DNA from: Microthyrium microscopicum
Lineage: Eukaryota
Length of the DNA stretch: 64,000 nt
Assembly: GCA_010405405.1 (NCBI GenBank)
Contig: MU004234.1
Span: forward strand, 1,825,275-1,889,274
Direction: 5' to 3'
This document shows, piece after piece, positions 48,783-63,330 of the stretch. The position numbers and the translations under genes are program-made. Below the pieces are notes generated by a model, which made no database searches, had not been told where the DNA came from, and saw nothing but the letters and a program-made list of their open reading frames with translations. Numbering within the stretch: position 1 is the first letter of the stretch; each line of letters starts with the position of its first letter.

Positions 48783-50323
48783 TTACACCTTTGCGTTTGG
48801 AGCTTCCTCAATCTTCTCTGCTTGAGTCGATGTGCTGGAAGAAGGTCCATGTTGATGGTGCTCATCGACTTCAACACCGTGTGTGACATCCCCCTTTGGC
48901 TTCTCATCAGTTGATTCGAAGAGGGCCCATTCGCCGACGATCTCATCGTTGAACTGGTAAACATCGTAACCGATCATCTCAACCTCATCGGTGACACGGA
49001 GATGGAGACCGGGGATGTACTTCATGATGAGGAGAACGAGGAAGGAGACAGTGAAGGAGTATGAAGCGATGGCACAGATTTCAGCCAGCTGTCTGCCAAT
49101 TTGGACGCCGTTGCCGTCAATGGCACCAGATGCGATGGTTGGGATACCATCGAGGGAGCTGACGGATGCTGAAGCGAAACAGCCGGTGAGGAAGGCACCG
49201 ACCATTCCTCCAATGCCGTGAAGCTTGAAGACCTCTAGGCCATCATCAATTCCGAGCCATTCGTTGACGTTCTCGAAGCAGCAGATGACGATGGCGGTGA
49301 TGAAGCCAATGGCAGCAGCAGCCCAAACGGAGACGTAACCTGCGGCTGGAGTGACACCGACAAGACCAGCAATGGCTCCTTCGCAAGCTCCAATGACGGA
49401 GAACTTGCGCTTATGGCGGATGTATCCAAAGAGAGTCCAGCCTAGTACACCGGTAGATGCGGCAGTGTTTGTATTGTAGATGGCGACCATAGAGCGGACG
49501 CTAGCATTCAAAGCAGAACCACCGTTGAAGCCGAACCAGCCGAACCAGATGAGAACAGTTCCGAGGAACACAATCGTAACGTTGTGTGGTTTGTAGAAGG
49601 TCTTCTCGCCATACTTGGAACGTTTGCCGAGTAGTAAGGCGTAGGCAAGACCAGCTGAGCCGCTGGAGATGTGGACGGGTCCACCACCGGCGAAATCTAG
49701 AGCTCCGAACTTGAAGAGCCAGCCGTTGGGATTCCAGGTCCAGAAAGCGATTGGGCAGTAGGCGATTGTGCACCAGATGAAAGAGAAGAGGATAGATGGA
49801 ACGATGCGGCCACGCTCGAATGAACCTCCAACGACAATCATGGTTGCGCATGCGGCGAACATGAGTTCGTAAAAGCAGAAGACGATATCGGGAAGAACAG
49901 CAGAGCCAAAAGATGGAGCAGCGAGAACGTTTCGGAGACCAAAGGCGCTCAGGTCACCAATAAAGGGACCACCAGTGCGAGAGAAAGCGATCGAGAATCC
50001 CCAAAACATCCATTGGAAGCTGACAACGGCCATGACAATGATAGACTGGAAGATCATAGCAAGAGCGGACTTTCTGCGAGCCATACCGCCGTACAAAAGA
50101 CCGATACCAGGAACGATGAGGAAAACGAGGCAGCCCATGATGACCTGGAAGACATAATGGTACTCGTAGCCTTGGAAAACGGCGTTGACGTCCATCTCCA
50201 GGGGGTTGCCGCCATTGGGAAGGCTTTCATTGTAGACTGGCGGCTTGAAGATGTTAGAGGGTGTTCATAGCTATATGAGTAGACTTTGCTTACCGGAAAG
50301 AGATCCGCGTATGAGGTCGCCAT
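48783..50323 (-). CDS. Ammonium transporter (Mep/Amt family), 2 exons
   Basis: PGIGLLYGG; FYELMFAA; GGSFERGR; LDFAGGGPVH; WFGWFGFNGGS; DDGLEVFKLHGIGG. Short first exon MATSYADLFP. Confidence 0.93.
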
Positions 50324-50686
50324 TGCTGCTGTGGGACGCAGTGTCGATGCTACAGAATGAGTGAGGAGACTGTTGTTGATAGAAATGAGAGTCGCACGAC
50401 GGACGGCGCAGTTTGAGGCGATGATATATATACACTTGCAACGCCTCAATTCATTTCACGACGAAAAAGTTCTAGACGAAGGGCAAAAGCAGTTTATGGT
50501 TGCGCCATTGGTGCACAACGTGGGAGGAAGCAAGTAGTCGTCCATTTGGCGAAGGCATTCTCACGAATCAGACAACTCAAATTGCAGAGTCAGGACACCG
50601 AGAAGCTCCGACAAGACTTCTTGGAAGCTCAACCCTTGTGAATTTGGCGAGTTTGGGGGTCTAGAATAGCCTCAGTAAGCATAGGT

Positions 50687-50956
50687 GATAAGTTTTGATG
50701 AGTATGCCGTGGAGTTTGCAATGACAATTCGCACAATTCCTTATCAGTTGCACCCCTTTCGGGCCTAGTGTCGCCCCATGCTGCATACCTACACGCGACA
50801 GCCTTCATACCACTTGGGACTGTGATTCGCTAGAGCTAGAGTGGACTGCGAGGCTGTACGATATTGGCGCATAATATTATCATCTCTTGTTTCAACCCCA
50901 ACAGTCCTTGACTTCCCCTCGACTCCGCAAACAGTCCTTTCTTCAACTCTCTTATC
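50687..50956. promoter_or_regulatory. GATAAG/CTTATC cluster (AreA/NIT2-type sites) upstream of the ammonium transporter
   Basis: gataag at 50687; cttatc at 50740 and 50951. GATA-factor control of mep genes is established. Confidence 0.45.
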
Positions 50957-51442
50957 ACTTGGCACGAGCGCCTGAAGTGACTAGACCCGCTCTTGTGCAG
51001 GTGGACCCTGCGTCTCTTAACATTTTCTACTCCATCCTGCGAAGGATGATGCAAACTCTCCACTGATCAGAAGGTTAATTTCTCTCCATTCCTGGTGTCT
51101 GGATTCCGGAAGCACGAGTGGGGTGCGCGGTTGGGACTAGCATCCGGTTGCCTGGATCCGTTGCTTGCTACTCGATCTTGTATCTTCAGATCATTTGGAC
51201 AAGGATGGCAAAAATTCTTCTTCCAGCTTCACTTTCAATATGACAGTACTTGTTATTGGATGGTATGATGGACGGAAGGAAAATGATAGTGTGCTTGGGT
51301 TGAGGTGATCGCGTGTTGTCGGAAGCTGCACCAGCATATTTGCTCACGATAGCGAATTTAATTCTTAAGATTGCTTCAGGTAAAACGTACAACCAGAACA
51401 CTTCTTTTTCAACCCAATTTCTGACTTTTCAGCTTAGTCGTA

Positions 51443-51916
51443 CAGTGCTATCAGGGTTCTCTTGTCCCCCCCCTAAAAACATGAAATGGCGCTTCAGGGC
51501 CTGATTGGAGGGCGAGAAGATCTGAAGAGTGCGTTAGTATGCAAATTTGTAAGCGCAGCCCCTTAGATCAATCTTACCAACTCCATCTTCTTCCCAAATC
51601 ACAATATTATCTGTCCTGAAGCCAAATCTTTATCGAATATCTTGCTTTTTAGTGTTTTAATGCATCTTCAAGTTAGTAATGAGTAGTTATTCAATATCAG
51701 GATTGATGTCTTACTTGGTTACTATAGCTTCAAAAGCGACCCAAGATGTGGTATTTAGGAAGGATAGTTTTTAGGGGCTGCTAATTGGCTGCGACCGGGA
51801 GGCGCTCTACAAATTTGCACTGTAACGCCCATCTCGTCCCGTACATCTACCCAATTACGGCGTGTTCCCCAAACTTATTAAATCCAGGGGGGGACAAGAG
51901 AACCCTGATAGCACTG
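51443..51916. mobile_element. Tc1/mariner-type MITE, 474 bp, ~31-bp TIRs, TA target-site duplication
   Basis: ta|cagtgctatcagggttctcttgtcccccccct ... agggggggacaagagaaccctgatagcactg|ta; no transposase ORF. Confidence 0.88.
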
Positions 51917-54255
51917 TACCTTCCGTGTTCGGCGTAAATAGTCCCATGAGATGATTCGTATTCAAAAATATGACGCATCAATTGTAATTGAATCGATGAT
52001 GATCCCGACTACTGAAGACTTAAGGCCCCTTTCAGAACTCAAGATCAAGCTAGGAGCTCCGTTCCGATAACGATGTCGCTGCTCATACGATCAGACTTAA
52101 TATGTAGGCATCATCTTCAGATGCAAGATCAGAGATCGCCGTCGTCCCTTTTGGTCCAGATAGGTTCGTTCATATTTAGTTACCACTAATAATTGCCTTT
52201 CTAAAGAGCCACTTACTTTTGCCTAGGGACGGTGCCCGTCAGGCGGCTTGGCTGCCTAAAGCTAAGTGCGAACCATAACTGTTTTGGAATTTAAAGTCTT
52301 AGGATCAATTCGTGCTTCAAAACCTCCAGACAAGTCTCCAATATCATTATTTAAAGCACTGACATTCCCATTCTTCGTTCCATGCATTACCCAAAACTCA
52401 ATATCAAAGCTATGATCCCAGTTTAAGTTGCAGGAAACCGGACCGGCTGCACTCCGGACCAGTATACCGCTGTCAGTGCATTCAGCTGGCCACAACAGAC
52501 ACTACGGAGTCACTCCGAAGGTTGTTTGTTGCGAAAACAACCCGTGCAACGTCGATATCTGCTCTGCTGCTACCCAAGTGGCTGCCCGGAGTACTTGGCG
52601 TTCACGAAGCCTCACTATTCGGAAATGAGAATACTGACAGAATCAAAGGATCAGTTATGCTTCATAAGGTGGCGCACGTTCGATTTCGCAGAGACTTAGC
52701 TGACAGAAGGGAAACTGCCAGAAAGTCACAGTTCTCTACCTTTTCAAGGTTAAACCCGTAGCAAGTGGCTTTTATTCCCGAATCTCACTTTGTAGAGGTG
52801 GTTAAAGAACTGATAAGGACTCAAGGAGTGAGGCTTTACTTGCGAATCTGATTAAGCTAAGGCTTATTTGGGCCTAACGCCAGTATGGCACGCTACGGCC
52901 ATGTGGGAGAACCACTATTTCGCGGTATTATTAGTCGCCCTTCCCCTATTTGAACTAGTTCCATACTTTTAGAATTCTTGGATACCCACGTAGGATTCTC
53001 TCGTGCGTTCTGAACTTCTCATGAACATGTATCAACATTGGAATATTATATCACCAAACTATAGTGCAAGCAATCAAATCGAAGTAAGTAGCATCATCTT
53101 TCAGCAGTTGTCAGTGGCAAAGTCTATGCTTGGACAAACAAGTATCTCCTCCAGCTTCAAGTGTGATATGTCCTATATTGGACTCAAGCCAGTGGTTCAT
53201 ACCGGTATCTATACTGACGATGTCCCAAATTCCCAACACGCCAACGGATTTCTGCATGTACTGGAGCAAGTATCAAAGCAAGATCTGCAAACTTTACCTG
53301 CACGCCGTTACTTCATCTCCTATAAAATTAATTCCTAAGTTCCTAACTACTCGAAATGATTACCAAACTCACAGACCTGCTTCCTCCAAAATGAAGTGTA
53401 TCTGGAGCATCGCTTTTGTCTTCCTACTTCTTTCATGCCGATACCAGCTCATTGGCGGCATAGCTGCATTGGCTGTTCTCCTTAACGAGATTTGTCGTGA
53501 TGAAGCGCGGAAGACTTCAGTTGCTATTTCGTCAGTGAGGCATATGCGAGTTGGCTGTAATTCAGCGGTTCTACAAGTGAGATACAGCCAGCCATCTGGA
53601 GTAAGACAGGATACCTCTCTGTGATCGGACTATATGTATACCACGTCAATGACCAAATCGTCGCAATGGTAGTCATTGAAGCAATGAACAAGTGACAACA
53701 GCTACTTCCAAGCTACGAGATCAATCCCCATTTCTCGGAATGAACAAATATGCAAAACAAACCTATATTTCCCAGCTCAGATCGTGCAATGCAACAGGGA
53801 GCAATATCCATGCAAATATACCAAGAGTCTGGGAAGCAGCAATTATACAAAATTGAAATATTTTATTCATCCCCATGAATAACAAGCGGGCCGGCGGCGG
53901 GCAAGGAAGATCATCAGGGGTTTCAAAGTCCCTTGGGGGTGGATCCGATGCAATCCTTGACCGGCTGAGAGATGCTGGGCAGATGGATGCTGTACCTCGT
54001 ACGATCTTGAGATGAACAAGATCCACTCGGAAGCACGAGGATGTTGCTTTTTCTACGCGCATGTTACGAAAAAAATACCTGTAAGGTAGTGTTTGGGTGT
54101 ACGATGATTACCTTATTGTTCCGATCATGACCATCGGCACGCCTGACGGTACGTAAGAGCTTTGTAGGAGGAAATTATGTGTTAATCATACAATTCTAAA
54201 CAGACTGGGGTATCGATACATAGCTATAAATCTCACGCGCATGTCTTTCATCATC

Positions 54256-57157
54256 CTACGCTCCTTTGCTGGGAAGTTCGCGGAAGACCCACTTGAACAC
54301 CTCTCGACCCCTATACAAGTTGACCAACCGTAACCGCTCATTGTCCAGATGGGCATTGTCGCTAGCCTGTCCGCAGGGAAAATGGGCAGCGGGTGCATCA
54401 AACTCTTTTTCGAGAAAGCGGATTGCAGGAATGGATCCACCTTCGCGAATATAGAGGGGTTTGATGATAGCTGAGCTTCGCGGGCCTTTGGGACCTGAGC
54501 CATTTCGTGAGTACTGAGAGAACTTTTCGGGCCACGCGTTGATGATTCCGTCCTCGAGGGTCTTGTATATTTCATTCTTATAGTCGCCTAGCCATGGATC
54601 TGCTTTGTGATCGATCGTGACATTGAGGCTGTTGGAAGTCTGAAGATCTTCGAATCTTGTTTGCAGAAACTCTTCAAGATTTTCGGCTACTTTGCTGGCT
54701 TCTTGATGCGGCACAAGGCGGAGTGAGATGCTGGCTTTCACTAATCGTGGGATGATTGTTGCATTATAAGGACCGGATGTTTCTATACCATGAACAGTAA
54801 GCGATGGTTCCCGCCATTTCTGCTGAAGTTGCTTCGTAAGCAATTGCGGATCTCCAAGCGCTGGATTTCGAGAAACAAGTGTCTCTGTAATGCGTTTGTA
54901 ATGAGCTATTTCGTCATCTGCAAGTTCTGGTATCGGGTCATAAAATCCAGGGAGGTTGACCTTTCCGTGCAAGCCGGTAATTGAGCTTAGGAGGTTGATC
55001 ATATCCTTCATGGCTTCATCTCCCTGAGATCTTCCATCCACGCCAGAATGCAAATCTGGATTCTTGCTTGCAATCTCTAGAGTGGCATGTATAACACCTC
55101 GAAGACCGTAGGTCAGACATGGAACCTCGTCATCAAGCCAGTAACTATTAGAAAGCAGGATCCAGTCAATGTTACCAATCTTCTCTTTGTGCTTCTGTAC
55201 TACTGGTGCGAAACCACGAGAGCCGCATTCTTCTTCGCCCTCAATGAGAAAGACAATGTCTGCATCCAAGGCCTTTTCCGCGAGCAGGTCGGCGACAGCG
55301 TAGATAGCGGCAAGAATGGGGCCTTTGTTATCAGAGGTTCCGCGCCCGTAGAAGAACTCATCGATACCTTCCATTCGAAATGGGTCAATGATCCAGCCAT
55401 GTTCATTCTCAGCTTGAATGACGTCGTAGTGTCCATAGAATAGAATTCGTTTCCGTGCCTTGGTCTCGGACTGCGTTGCATTACCCTTGAACGTTGCGAA
55501 AACTACTGGATTGCGATCTGGGTTTTCTAATGGCAGAAGCTCTGCGACTGCGCCTAGCTCATGAAAAAGTGATCGCAAAAATGACGCTCCACGACGGCAA
55601 TCTGTTCGGCATCGCTCCAATGATGAGACTGTTCTATAGCCAACAAAGGATCGAAACTTATCGACTAGCTTTTCTGATAGATGGTTAGTACCGTAAGCAA
55701 ATGTGGGGTACTTCTTGATGCGTACCGTTACTCGTTGCAGAAAGAGGTGGCGGCTGGCTAGATATGCAATCATGAACATCCCATATGTTGATAGAGTTGT
55801 CATTAGCCCCTGTGATGTAGATCGGTTTGTTACCGATGCTTGAAAACCCCGATGCTAGAATTCGGCCATGATGATGTGCTGTATATGAATTCGTGCGTTC
55901 ATATTGCCGGTTAAACGTCTTCCTTTGATTAGCCTCAAACACGTCTTTCTGTAGGTTTGCCTACCTCGACTTTGCCACTCGATCCCGCTGCAAACAGACA
56001 GCCTTCTCCAACCGAAAGTGCAAGGACATCGCCGATGTTTGCGCGCAAGTTCTTAACAAGCTGACGAGTTTCCAAATCCCAAACTTTTATTTTGCCTTCA
56101 GCTGTTCCACTAATCAAAAAGGTACCGTCTAAAGCCAGAGAAGAGATCGAGTCGCCAGTGGAATCGCCAAGTTGAAAGAGCTCCTTGATGGCTCCACCTT
56201 TTCGAGCATCGAGGCGCCATAGTTTGATTGATCCATCACCACCACCACTGACTAATATTTCTTCGTCGGGGTCATCCACTACAATTCCTCGTAAGCTAAG
56301 CATGCAATAGACATATCCAAAATGAGCAAAAGGATGGATATATCTCTTGTCAATTTGAAGATTTTGGACTTCGGTCTCGTCAAGTGGGTTCTTGTGATAC
56401 TCTGGTCGCGGAGTTCGAACACCTCCAGGGCCAGCTGAGTCGAAGAAGCGATCCTCTCGTTGATAAGGATGAGAAGTCGGCAATGGAGTAGGTCTTGTAT
56501 CCTTTTCGTTTAGATTGTACCACTGAAGACCTGTTAGCTAGTCAAACTCGCGTCCTGGGCATCCGAGAAGAATAGTACCAAGATAGACGCATTTTGTGTC
56601 CCGAGGTAGAATGTATTGAGTTTAGAAGCAAAAGAGACACAGTAAATGTCCCCAATATCATGCTCTTTATCGGGATAAATGGAGTAGATTTTGGCTAATG
56701 TTGTTGCATCCCAAACCTGCCATAGTGGTTAGAATTATTTCAGTCTTTAGGTAGGTTTCATACTCACATTGACGAACCGATCTGACGCGCAGGAAACAAG
56801 AAATCGGCCATCTTGAGAAAGACATAGACCGAGCACGCTTCCTTTATGTGCTTCTATCGTTTTTGTCTTTTGATATGTCCGGAGACCAAATATCTGCCTC
56901 GAGTTAGCCGCATCGCCCAAGACTGACGTCACGCTGGTCTGGCTTACCAGAATTTCCCCGCCCTGAGTTCCAGCATAGACTGTCGTCAAAGAGACTACCA
57001 GCGAGAGGATAGATTTATCATGCTTCAAGCTGTGCGAAAGTAACGGGGCAGGAGTGACATGGCTGGCATCAATGGATCCTGTCTCGCTGATGGGAATGCT
57101 AACTGGAAGGCTTGTCAGCAAGTTGATGCCCTCAACGCCATCTCCGATAGATGCCAT
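54256..57157 (-). CDS. DUG2: WD40 + M20 peptidase, glutathione degradosome component
   Basis: N-terminal WD40 repeats (AHKGSVLGL, SGGGDGSIKLW, GANDNSINIWD). M20 motifs FYGHYDV, GRGTSDNKGP, EGEEECGS, DLHSGVDG, REGGSIP and AHLDNER. Several introns. Confidence 0.92.
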
Positions 57158-58822
57158 CTCCGCATAATTCCCAAGCTCTTTCAGTATAGATATTGTTCAT
57201 AATAGAAGAATTCTGATTCCAGGAGAAAGAGTACGGAGATACTTCGGTCTCACAGGGCTGGCAGTCACTAAGAGCTTCCCTGCAAGCACCAAGTCTAGCG
57301 TGCGAGCGGCTCTTGAGCAAAGTCTAAAGAAATTCTCCTTCTCACCTTGGAGGTCCCTACGGATTCCATTCCCATTCATCTTTCCGCGACACTTTTCATC
57401 AATTGCCATGTTGGTTGGAGAGCGTGTAAGAAGGCGAAGTTCAGGCGCGCAACCTGGAATGTAATATGGGCAGTCCATGCTCACCGACTTGTCGTGCTGC
57501 CTTTGTACCGTGACGTGCTCCATCACACGCCTCACACCGATATCTGACTGCCTTGGATTTCTGGGACGGGCTGAGCGATTATGTTGCTGCTATTTTCAAC
57601 AATTGGATCCCTCGCGGTCTTCGCTCAAATATTGATGTATCCAATACGCTTCATCACCCAAGCTCAGCACTGTGAATTTGATTCAAAAGCACCTCAATAG
57701 CAATCACAAGAGCATAGCAAAGCGGCAGGATCATACCAAACACGTCAGTGTGAAGCACGCTCTATTGATATTTATCAGGAGAGTCTCAATGTGTGATCGA
57801 CACTTTCTATGGCTTGCTGAACTTCTGCTGGTCTTTTGCTGTCATTATCTTGATGCTATGCACGCGGTCCGAGACACTCCCGCCATGTACACGTCTGCTC
57901 ATGCAACACAAATTTCACGGGAAAGCAGACACAATTCGCTAATTCATTGATAGTCTATCGGAATCTTTCTATTCAGCTCTTCTCGGTGCATATCATCTAG
58001 TCCCGATTCTCTACATCTATAGCTGGGCCTGAAGAATATCGCTTCGAATGGCTACATTTTGCTGTACCTAGCTGCAGGATCCATGTTCGCAGAACGATCA
58101 CTTCAACCTTTACTACCTATCAAATCACTCTTGTTCCTGAAATCGGGACGTGGCGCATCTAACATACCTTAATGCAGCGTACGACGGCCGGGGCTTTACT
58201 GACCCGAACAACTTCGCGATTACACTCCATACCTAGGACAGTCTTGAAGTTAATGGAATTTCAGATGATAGCTCACGTTGTGACCCTTGATCAAACTTAT
58301 ATTTTCACGTCACGATGTAGACAAATTGACATCTGGGTTCCAACTATCACGCCTATGTTAGTCATAGAGGCCAAGTGTTTTGACTACAGCTCTGTTCATC
58401 TGCAGAGGACAGAAGATGGAGAAAAAAGATGCAGTGGCTGCTTTGCGTAAGATGTATTTGTCCAGATACGTACAAGCACGACGCAATTCTTTGTTATTAG
58501 GTGCAGCTTCTGGTCTAGTCCAGTTCACACTTTGTTCAAAGAGGTAGCTATAGCCGGGACATTTCCGTCAGCACTGGTAGCTCAGACGAGACCAGGTCCT
58601 TGGGTTTGGTTATAGGTCGGTAAACGAAACGACTGGAACTGAATGCGAGCCTTCCAACCGAGCAATGGAGGTTTCCACCAGTCGTTTTCGAAATCACTGT
58701 TGCGCAAGTCTTCAGGATCTAATCACGATCACAGACATCGCAACGTCTTTAAATCATGCCAGGCGACATAAAACACCCGTATGGACGCGAGCAATTCAAT
58801 TCTCAATGTAATCTTTTTCGAT

Positions 58823-59755
58823 TCAAGCACCTTGCAAAAGCTCCTTGCCTCTCTGCACAAGTCCCTGGTTCAGCATCACCGAGTCTTCATCACCCACGCA
58901 TCCATTGATGGCTAGATCAACCATGACAGCGCCGAGCTCGTCATCTTGGATCACCCATCCACGGCCCAGAATTGTAGACATCAAGCCAGCAGTAACTGAG
59001 CCTTTGGGGAACACTCCGCCAGGCTTTACAACAATACTATGCCAGGTATCACCATGCTCGGAATTCCGCTGGAGTGTTCGTGTGTCACATCTTCCCTGGA
59101 AGGCTTGATTAGCGGGCAGCAAGAACTGATTGTTGGACGAGGACTCACCTTTGTTTTTCTGGGTGTCTCTAGAAACCAGAGAGGAGCAGATTGATCTTGA
59201 ACGACAAACTATGAATGCGTCAGTAAATGTCCTTTCAACGTCTTTTACATTGGTGAGCATGGTAATGAAGCATCAATCTGGCAAGACTATTTCGTGCGGT
59301 ACTTTGCGATATCGTACAAGCTACATTGAAAGACGAGTAATGGAGCGGCTTACCTTTCCAGAAAGTTGTATCCACCTGAACGGCGCCTTGCCATTTCGAG
59401 GCTCGAGAACCTGGACGAACGCGTCTTGAAATGCCACAGGATACTCCAGATTTGGTCCCTGGTTGTTGTCAGAAGTACCAAGAGCCCTGATGTACTAATT
59501 AGCAATGTGCCTGCTGAGGGTGAGAGACAAGTACCATATCATGGCATCTGCGTTTTTTATTTCTTCCAAGATACCTGACTCCCACTTGCTGAAATCTTTG
59601 ATGATGAAGGTTTTGACCTTGTGGTGACTAGAAATATTCGCGGGCAGATCTTTTCGACTCAAGGCTATAATTGAGTTTATCTCTGGGCGTAGGAGGGCTT
59701 GGTTCAATGCTCCTCCACCTATGAGACCAGTTGCGCCAGTAATGAGAACCTTCAT
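58823..59755 (-). CDS. NAD(P)-binding Rossmann-fold protein (atypical SDR), about 4 exons
   Basis: MKVLITGATGLIGGGAL...IIALSRK...IKDFSKW...ADAMIW; downstream exons FRWIQLSGK, LWFLETPRKTK and IVVKPGGV. Confidence 0.8.
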
Positions 59756-60367
59756 GATTATTGAGCTACAATGAACTGAACGCGAACTGGCCGTCTGGTT
59801 CAGAGACAAAGTCGCCCTCCGATCAGGGAGTGGAAAAGGTACGAGATCAGTGATGAGCTCAGCACGCTAAAACCGTCAACTCAACTTATATCTCCACCAA
59901 ACGCCCAGCCGAGATGACCTCAGAAACTAAAATTGAACCACTAAACCCATCGAATTGACAAGCTTTTATGTCTAATAATCAAGCGAGCAGTAATAGCAGT
60001 ACCCAAGTGCTTTTCAAGTCTTCCGGCACACATGCTGCGCCGAAAGAGACATCGCATGGCACAATTTGGAATAAATAAGTTCATTCTGCATACATGAACT
60101 ATAAAGTTGCCGTCGAATGCCAATCAAGCCAAAGCCAATTTTCAAACACCTCAACGATCTTCATTGCAAAACAAAGTAAAACAAATAGCCAGCTTTGCTT
60201 TGATGCCCACTCTCCGCCAGCCTCACTCGCTTCGATGAGCAGAATAATAACGATCTTGTAGTGTCATCACGCTTTTTGAGTCCTCATCAACAATGTCAAT
60301 CATCCAAGCGCCGTGAACACTCAAAACCGCTGCTTTCGTACCTGCTCCTGCTTTCTACTCTTCTTCG

Positions 60368-61796
60368 CTAAGCGGCCATGGTGCACTGAAGCTTGTTTGA
60401 TGGTGGCAGTGTTGCCCATTTGGTGTTGGGAAACTCCCGGCGGACTTCGCCCTTATCAGTGGCTACGAGCACAGTTATGTTTCCAGCGGTATTTGCTTCA
60501 AACGAGAAAGACAACCACTTGGAGGACGCTGTAAGCAGCTGGTCCAATAGATCTTGAGGAAATGCCAAGTACAATCTCGGTGATTGCTGCAAAGAGCAAA
60601 TTACTGAATCCCAGGCCAGCAGAATATTGAATGGTACACCGAATGCTAGATCACCTTCTGTTGCCCGTTAGCTGTGTGATCTTCTAATGCGGAAGTCGAA
60701 TTCCTGCAGCAGAAGAGCACTTACCTGGTTCCCAATGTACAAGCGAAAACTTTTGAACATTGTGCAGCTTTTGCACCAGTGCACTTATTGGCCATTGACG
60801 TCTCAGAGTGGAAGTCATTACGGAATCTATCACAGAAACGTTCGTCATCAGATGACCATATCGAGCCACAGTTTCGCTCTCAGAGTAATCAAGGGTTTCC
60901 AAGTTGAACTCGTTTTGGCTGTACAGCACATGGGAAGCTTCTTCATGAATCTGCTTGCTCATACGAAGAAATGGGAGGGCCGGCCTGACCTTTGAAGTTC
61001 TTTGAAGACATGGCGGGAGAGCTTCGCATATGTAAAGGGGTCTTTTGGCAACAAATAGCTCCCTGTAGATCATGTTGCGGATCTCACCTGGAAGCTTCAT
61101 GAATGGAAACGGTTCTCCTGGCAGGCGCAGCGGGAAAGGCTTTGGTAGGCGCTTCACTTTTGGAAGATAGCCATCACTGTCAGAGCTCGCGTCGCTGTCG
61201 TTCGTCATGTCATCGTCACTATCAAAGTGCACATCGCTCTCGCTCAGTCCATCGTCCTCGTCATCTTGACAAGCGCTTGTCGGAAGTTCTCCATCGCCAC
61301 TGCTAATAATGCTTTCATCTTTGTCTTCATTGACATCACTTTTGCCATCACCTTCTTCACTTCCTGCCTCAAAGTGACTAGGATTCTCGGGTGTTCCATT
61401 TTCGATGTCGCCCTCAGTGCCGTCTTCAGTGTCGTCACCATTGTCTGACTCGTCATCGCTTTGGTCGGCCATGTTGGTGTCATCGTTGATATTGGCGCTT
61501 ATATCTGTATCTTCTTGAACGTCCCCCAAAGTAAGACTAGGAGCTCCACCACATGATTGGCCTGCTGGTCGTTGACAGCCTGCCATTGCCGCTTTGATTA
61601 TACGTTCATGTGTCTCAGTAGGCTGACCAAAAGAGTTCTGTAAGGGTTCTTCGGTATTGCTCATGGCGGTGCCTGCAGCAAAGTCTGTACAGATGTTATC
61701 GCTGTCTGAGGATGAAGAAACGCCACTGTCACGGCGTTCCAGCTCGTTAATGGACGAAGAAGACTTCATCTTTGCTGATATTGACTGGGTACGCAT
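60368..61796 (-). CDS. Protein with an acidic N-terminus and an F-box-like (PFMKLPGEIRNMIYREL) domain
   Basis: 370-aa ORF with ALPFLRMSKQIHEEASHVLYSQNEF; intron at about 60658-60724 to a second exon ending at 60368. Confidence 0.65.
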
Positions 61797-63330
61797 CTTG
61801 GCTACTCAAGACTAGAGTAAGTTGCAGCCCAGATATGAAGTTCAGGTGCCAGTAAATTTTCAGGCTGGTTTGATAAACGCAAAGTGAGGATTGATGTTTA
61901 GCAGATTGAGATGGTGGCGAGTTGAAGACGTTGGGACATATCTTGGTGGATGAATTCATTCTTGAAGCAAAAGATATGAGCAGAGACCTACCTACTACAG
62001 TAAATAAAGGTCGACCTAGGCCAAGACCGAACCTTGAGTAGCACGGATTTGATAATCAGGCGGTGAGCAAGTCAAGAGTGGTTGAACCGAATGATGTCTT
62101 CAGTAACAGCAATGGCCTGTGGTCTTCACCAAATGAGGTTTCGCGAGGTTTTCTGCTACTTCTGTTCGTAGCAAAAGGATTATCCTTCTAGTTGTGGTGG
62201 GTACAAGTCTGGCAATTCATTTCTTTAGCTTCCTACTCAAGAAAGAGGTAGCTTCAACTTACTGCATGGCTTGGGACAGCCTAAAGCAGACCGTAAGTAT
62301 TTGAATTTAATTTATGTTCATCCTTCCATTATTCTTGACTGCGCATGAAAAGCGCTTCCCATGTCTTATCTGTCTGATAATGGGCTGATATACCTGGTTC
62401 CTTTTGGGAAAAGAAACCCCCTGCATCGCCCATGGATTTGTACCATTAGTAAAGCTCCGGTCATTTCGAGATTTTGGATCATTTCGAACTGGTAAAACAG
62501 TTTAATTACCCAATCCGATCAAATTTTCTGAATTTTTTTATCAGACGCTCTGGCGTGCGGTGTTCCCAGCAGGAGGTGGCGCAGTGACGTGCCGCAGCCA
62601 CTTTCAAAATATTCGTTTCTCGAAACAACTGTACTTTGTGGGGACTGCTCCATCAATAAACAGGTCTGATTTGAGATGTACAAGATGTAATAAACCGAAA
62701 CCTACGGGCAGAGCTGGTAGCGACCCCGAAGTAGAAGCTAGGAGCGACAAATGTTTACATAAGGTACTTGATCATCACTGCTGCGATTATGCTCTCCGTG
62801 CTGAAGTCAGCAAAGTTGATTGACCTAGCTTGCACCCATAGACATTACACATGGTGATAATGAAGGACAACCCTTTGTTGTTGAGCTTGTAGTAAATAAG
62901 TTATGCAAAGGCCGAAAAATATGTTGCTCTTAAAGCCAAGTTGAAAGCACATTAAAGGATGGACTACGAAATTTCTATATAGCTGTCATGCAAATATCGA
63001 TGTAGCTCCCATTACCACAGCCTATTGAGAGCACAAAATTGACCACTAGAGATATTAGCGAGATATACTTACATTTATCTGATTGATACTTCACCACTAG
63101 TATGCTTATGCGCTTATGGCTCGCGTGGTGTGGCTGTTCCAATCTCGAGATGGTTTTTCATGATGATAGAGGTCACGGCTTTCCGATTCTGGCCATTAGG
63201 AAATGACTGCCAATCCTACATCCTGCGCTCGTCGCCCTCTACAAAAAGGGCTACTTACATATCTGATCAATCTGACCTCTGCTACCACATATATATCATT
63301 CTCTTGTATGGGTCAACAGTCTTCAAAGCA

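Noticed and set aside
52262..54062. Scattered short ORFs between the MITE and DUG2
   Set aside because: No coherent gene model or domain motif could be seen.
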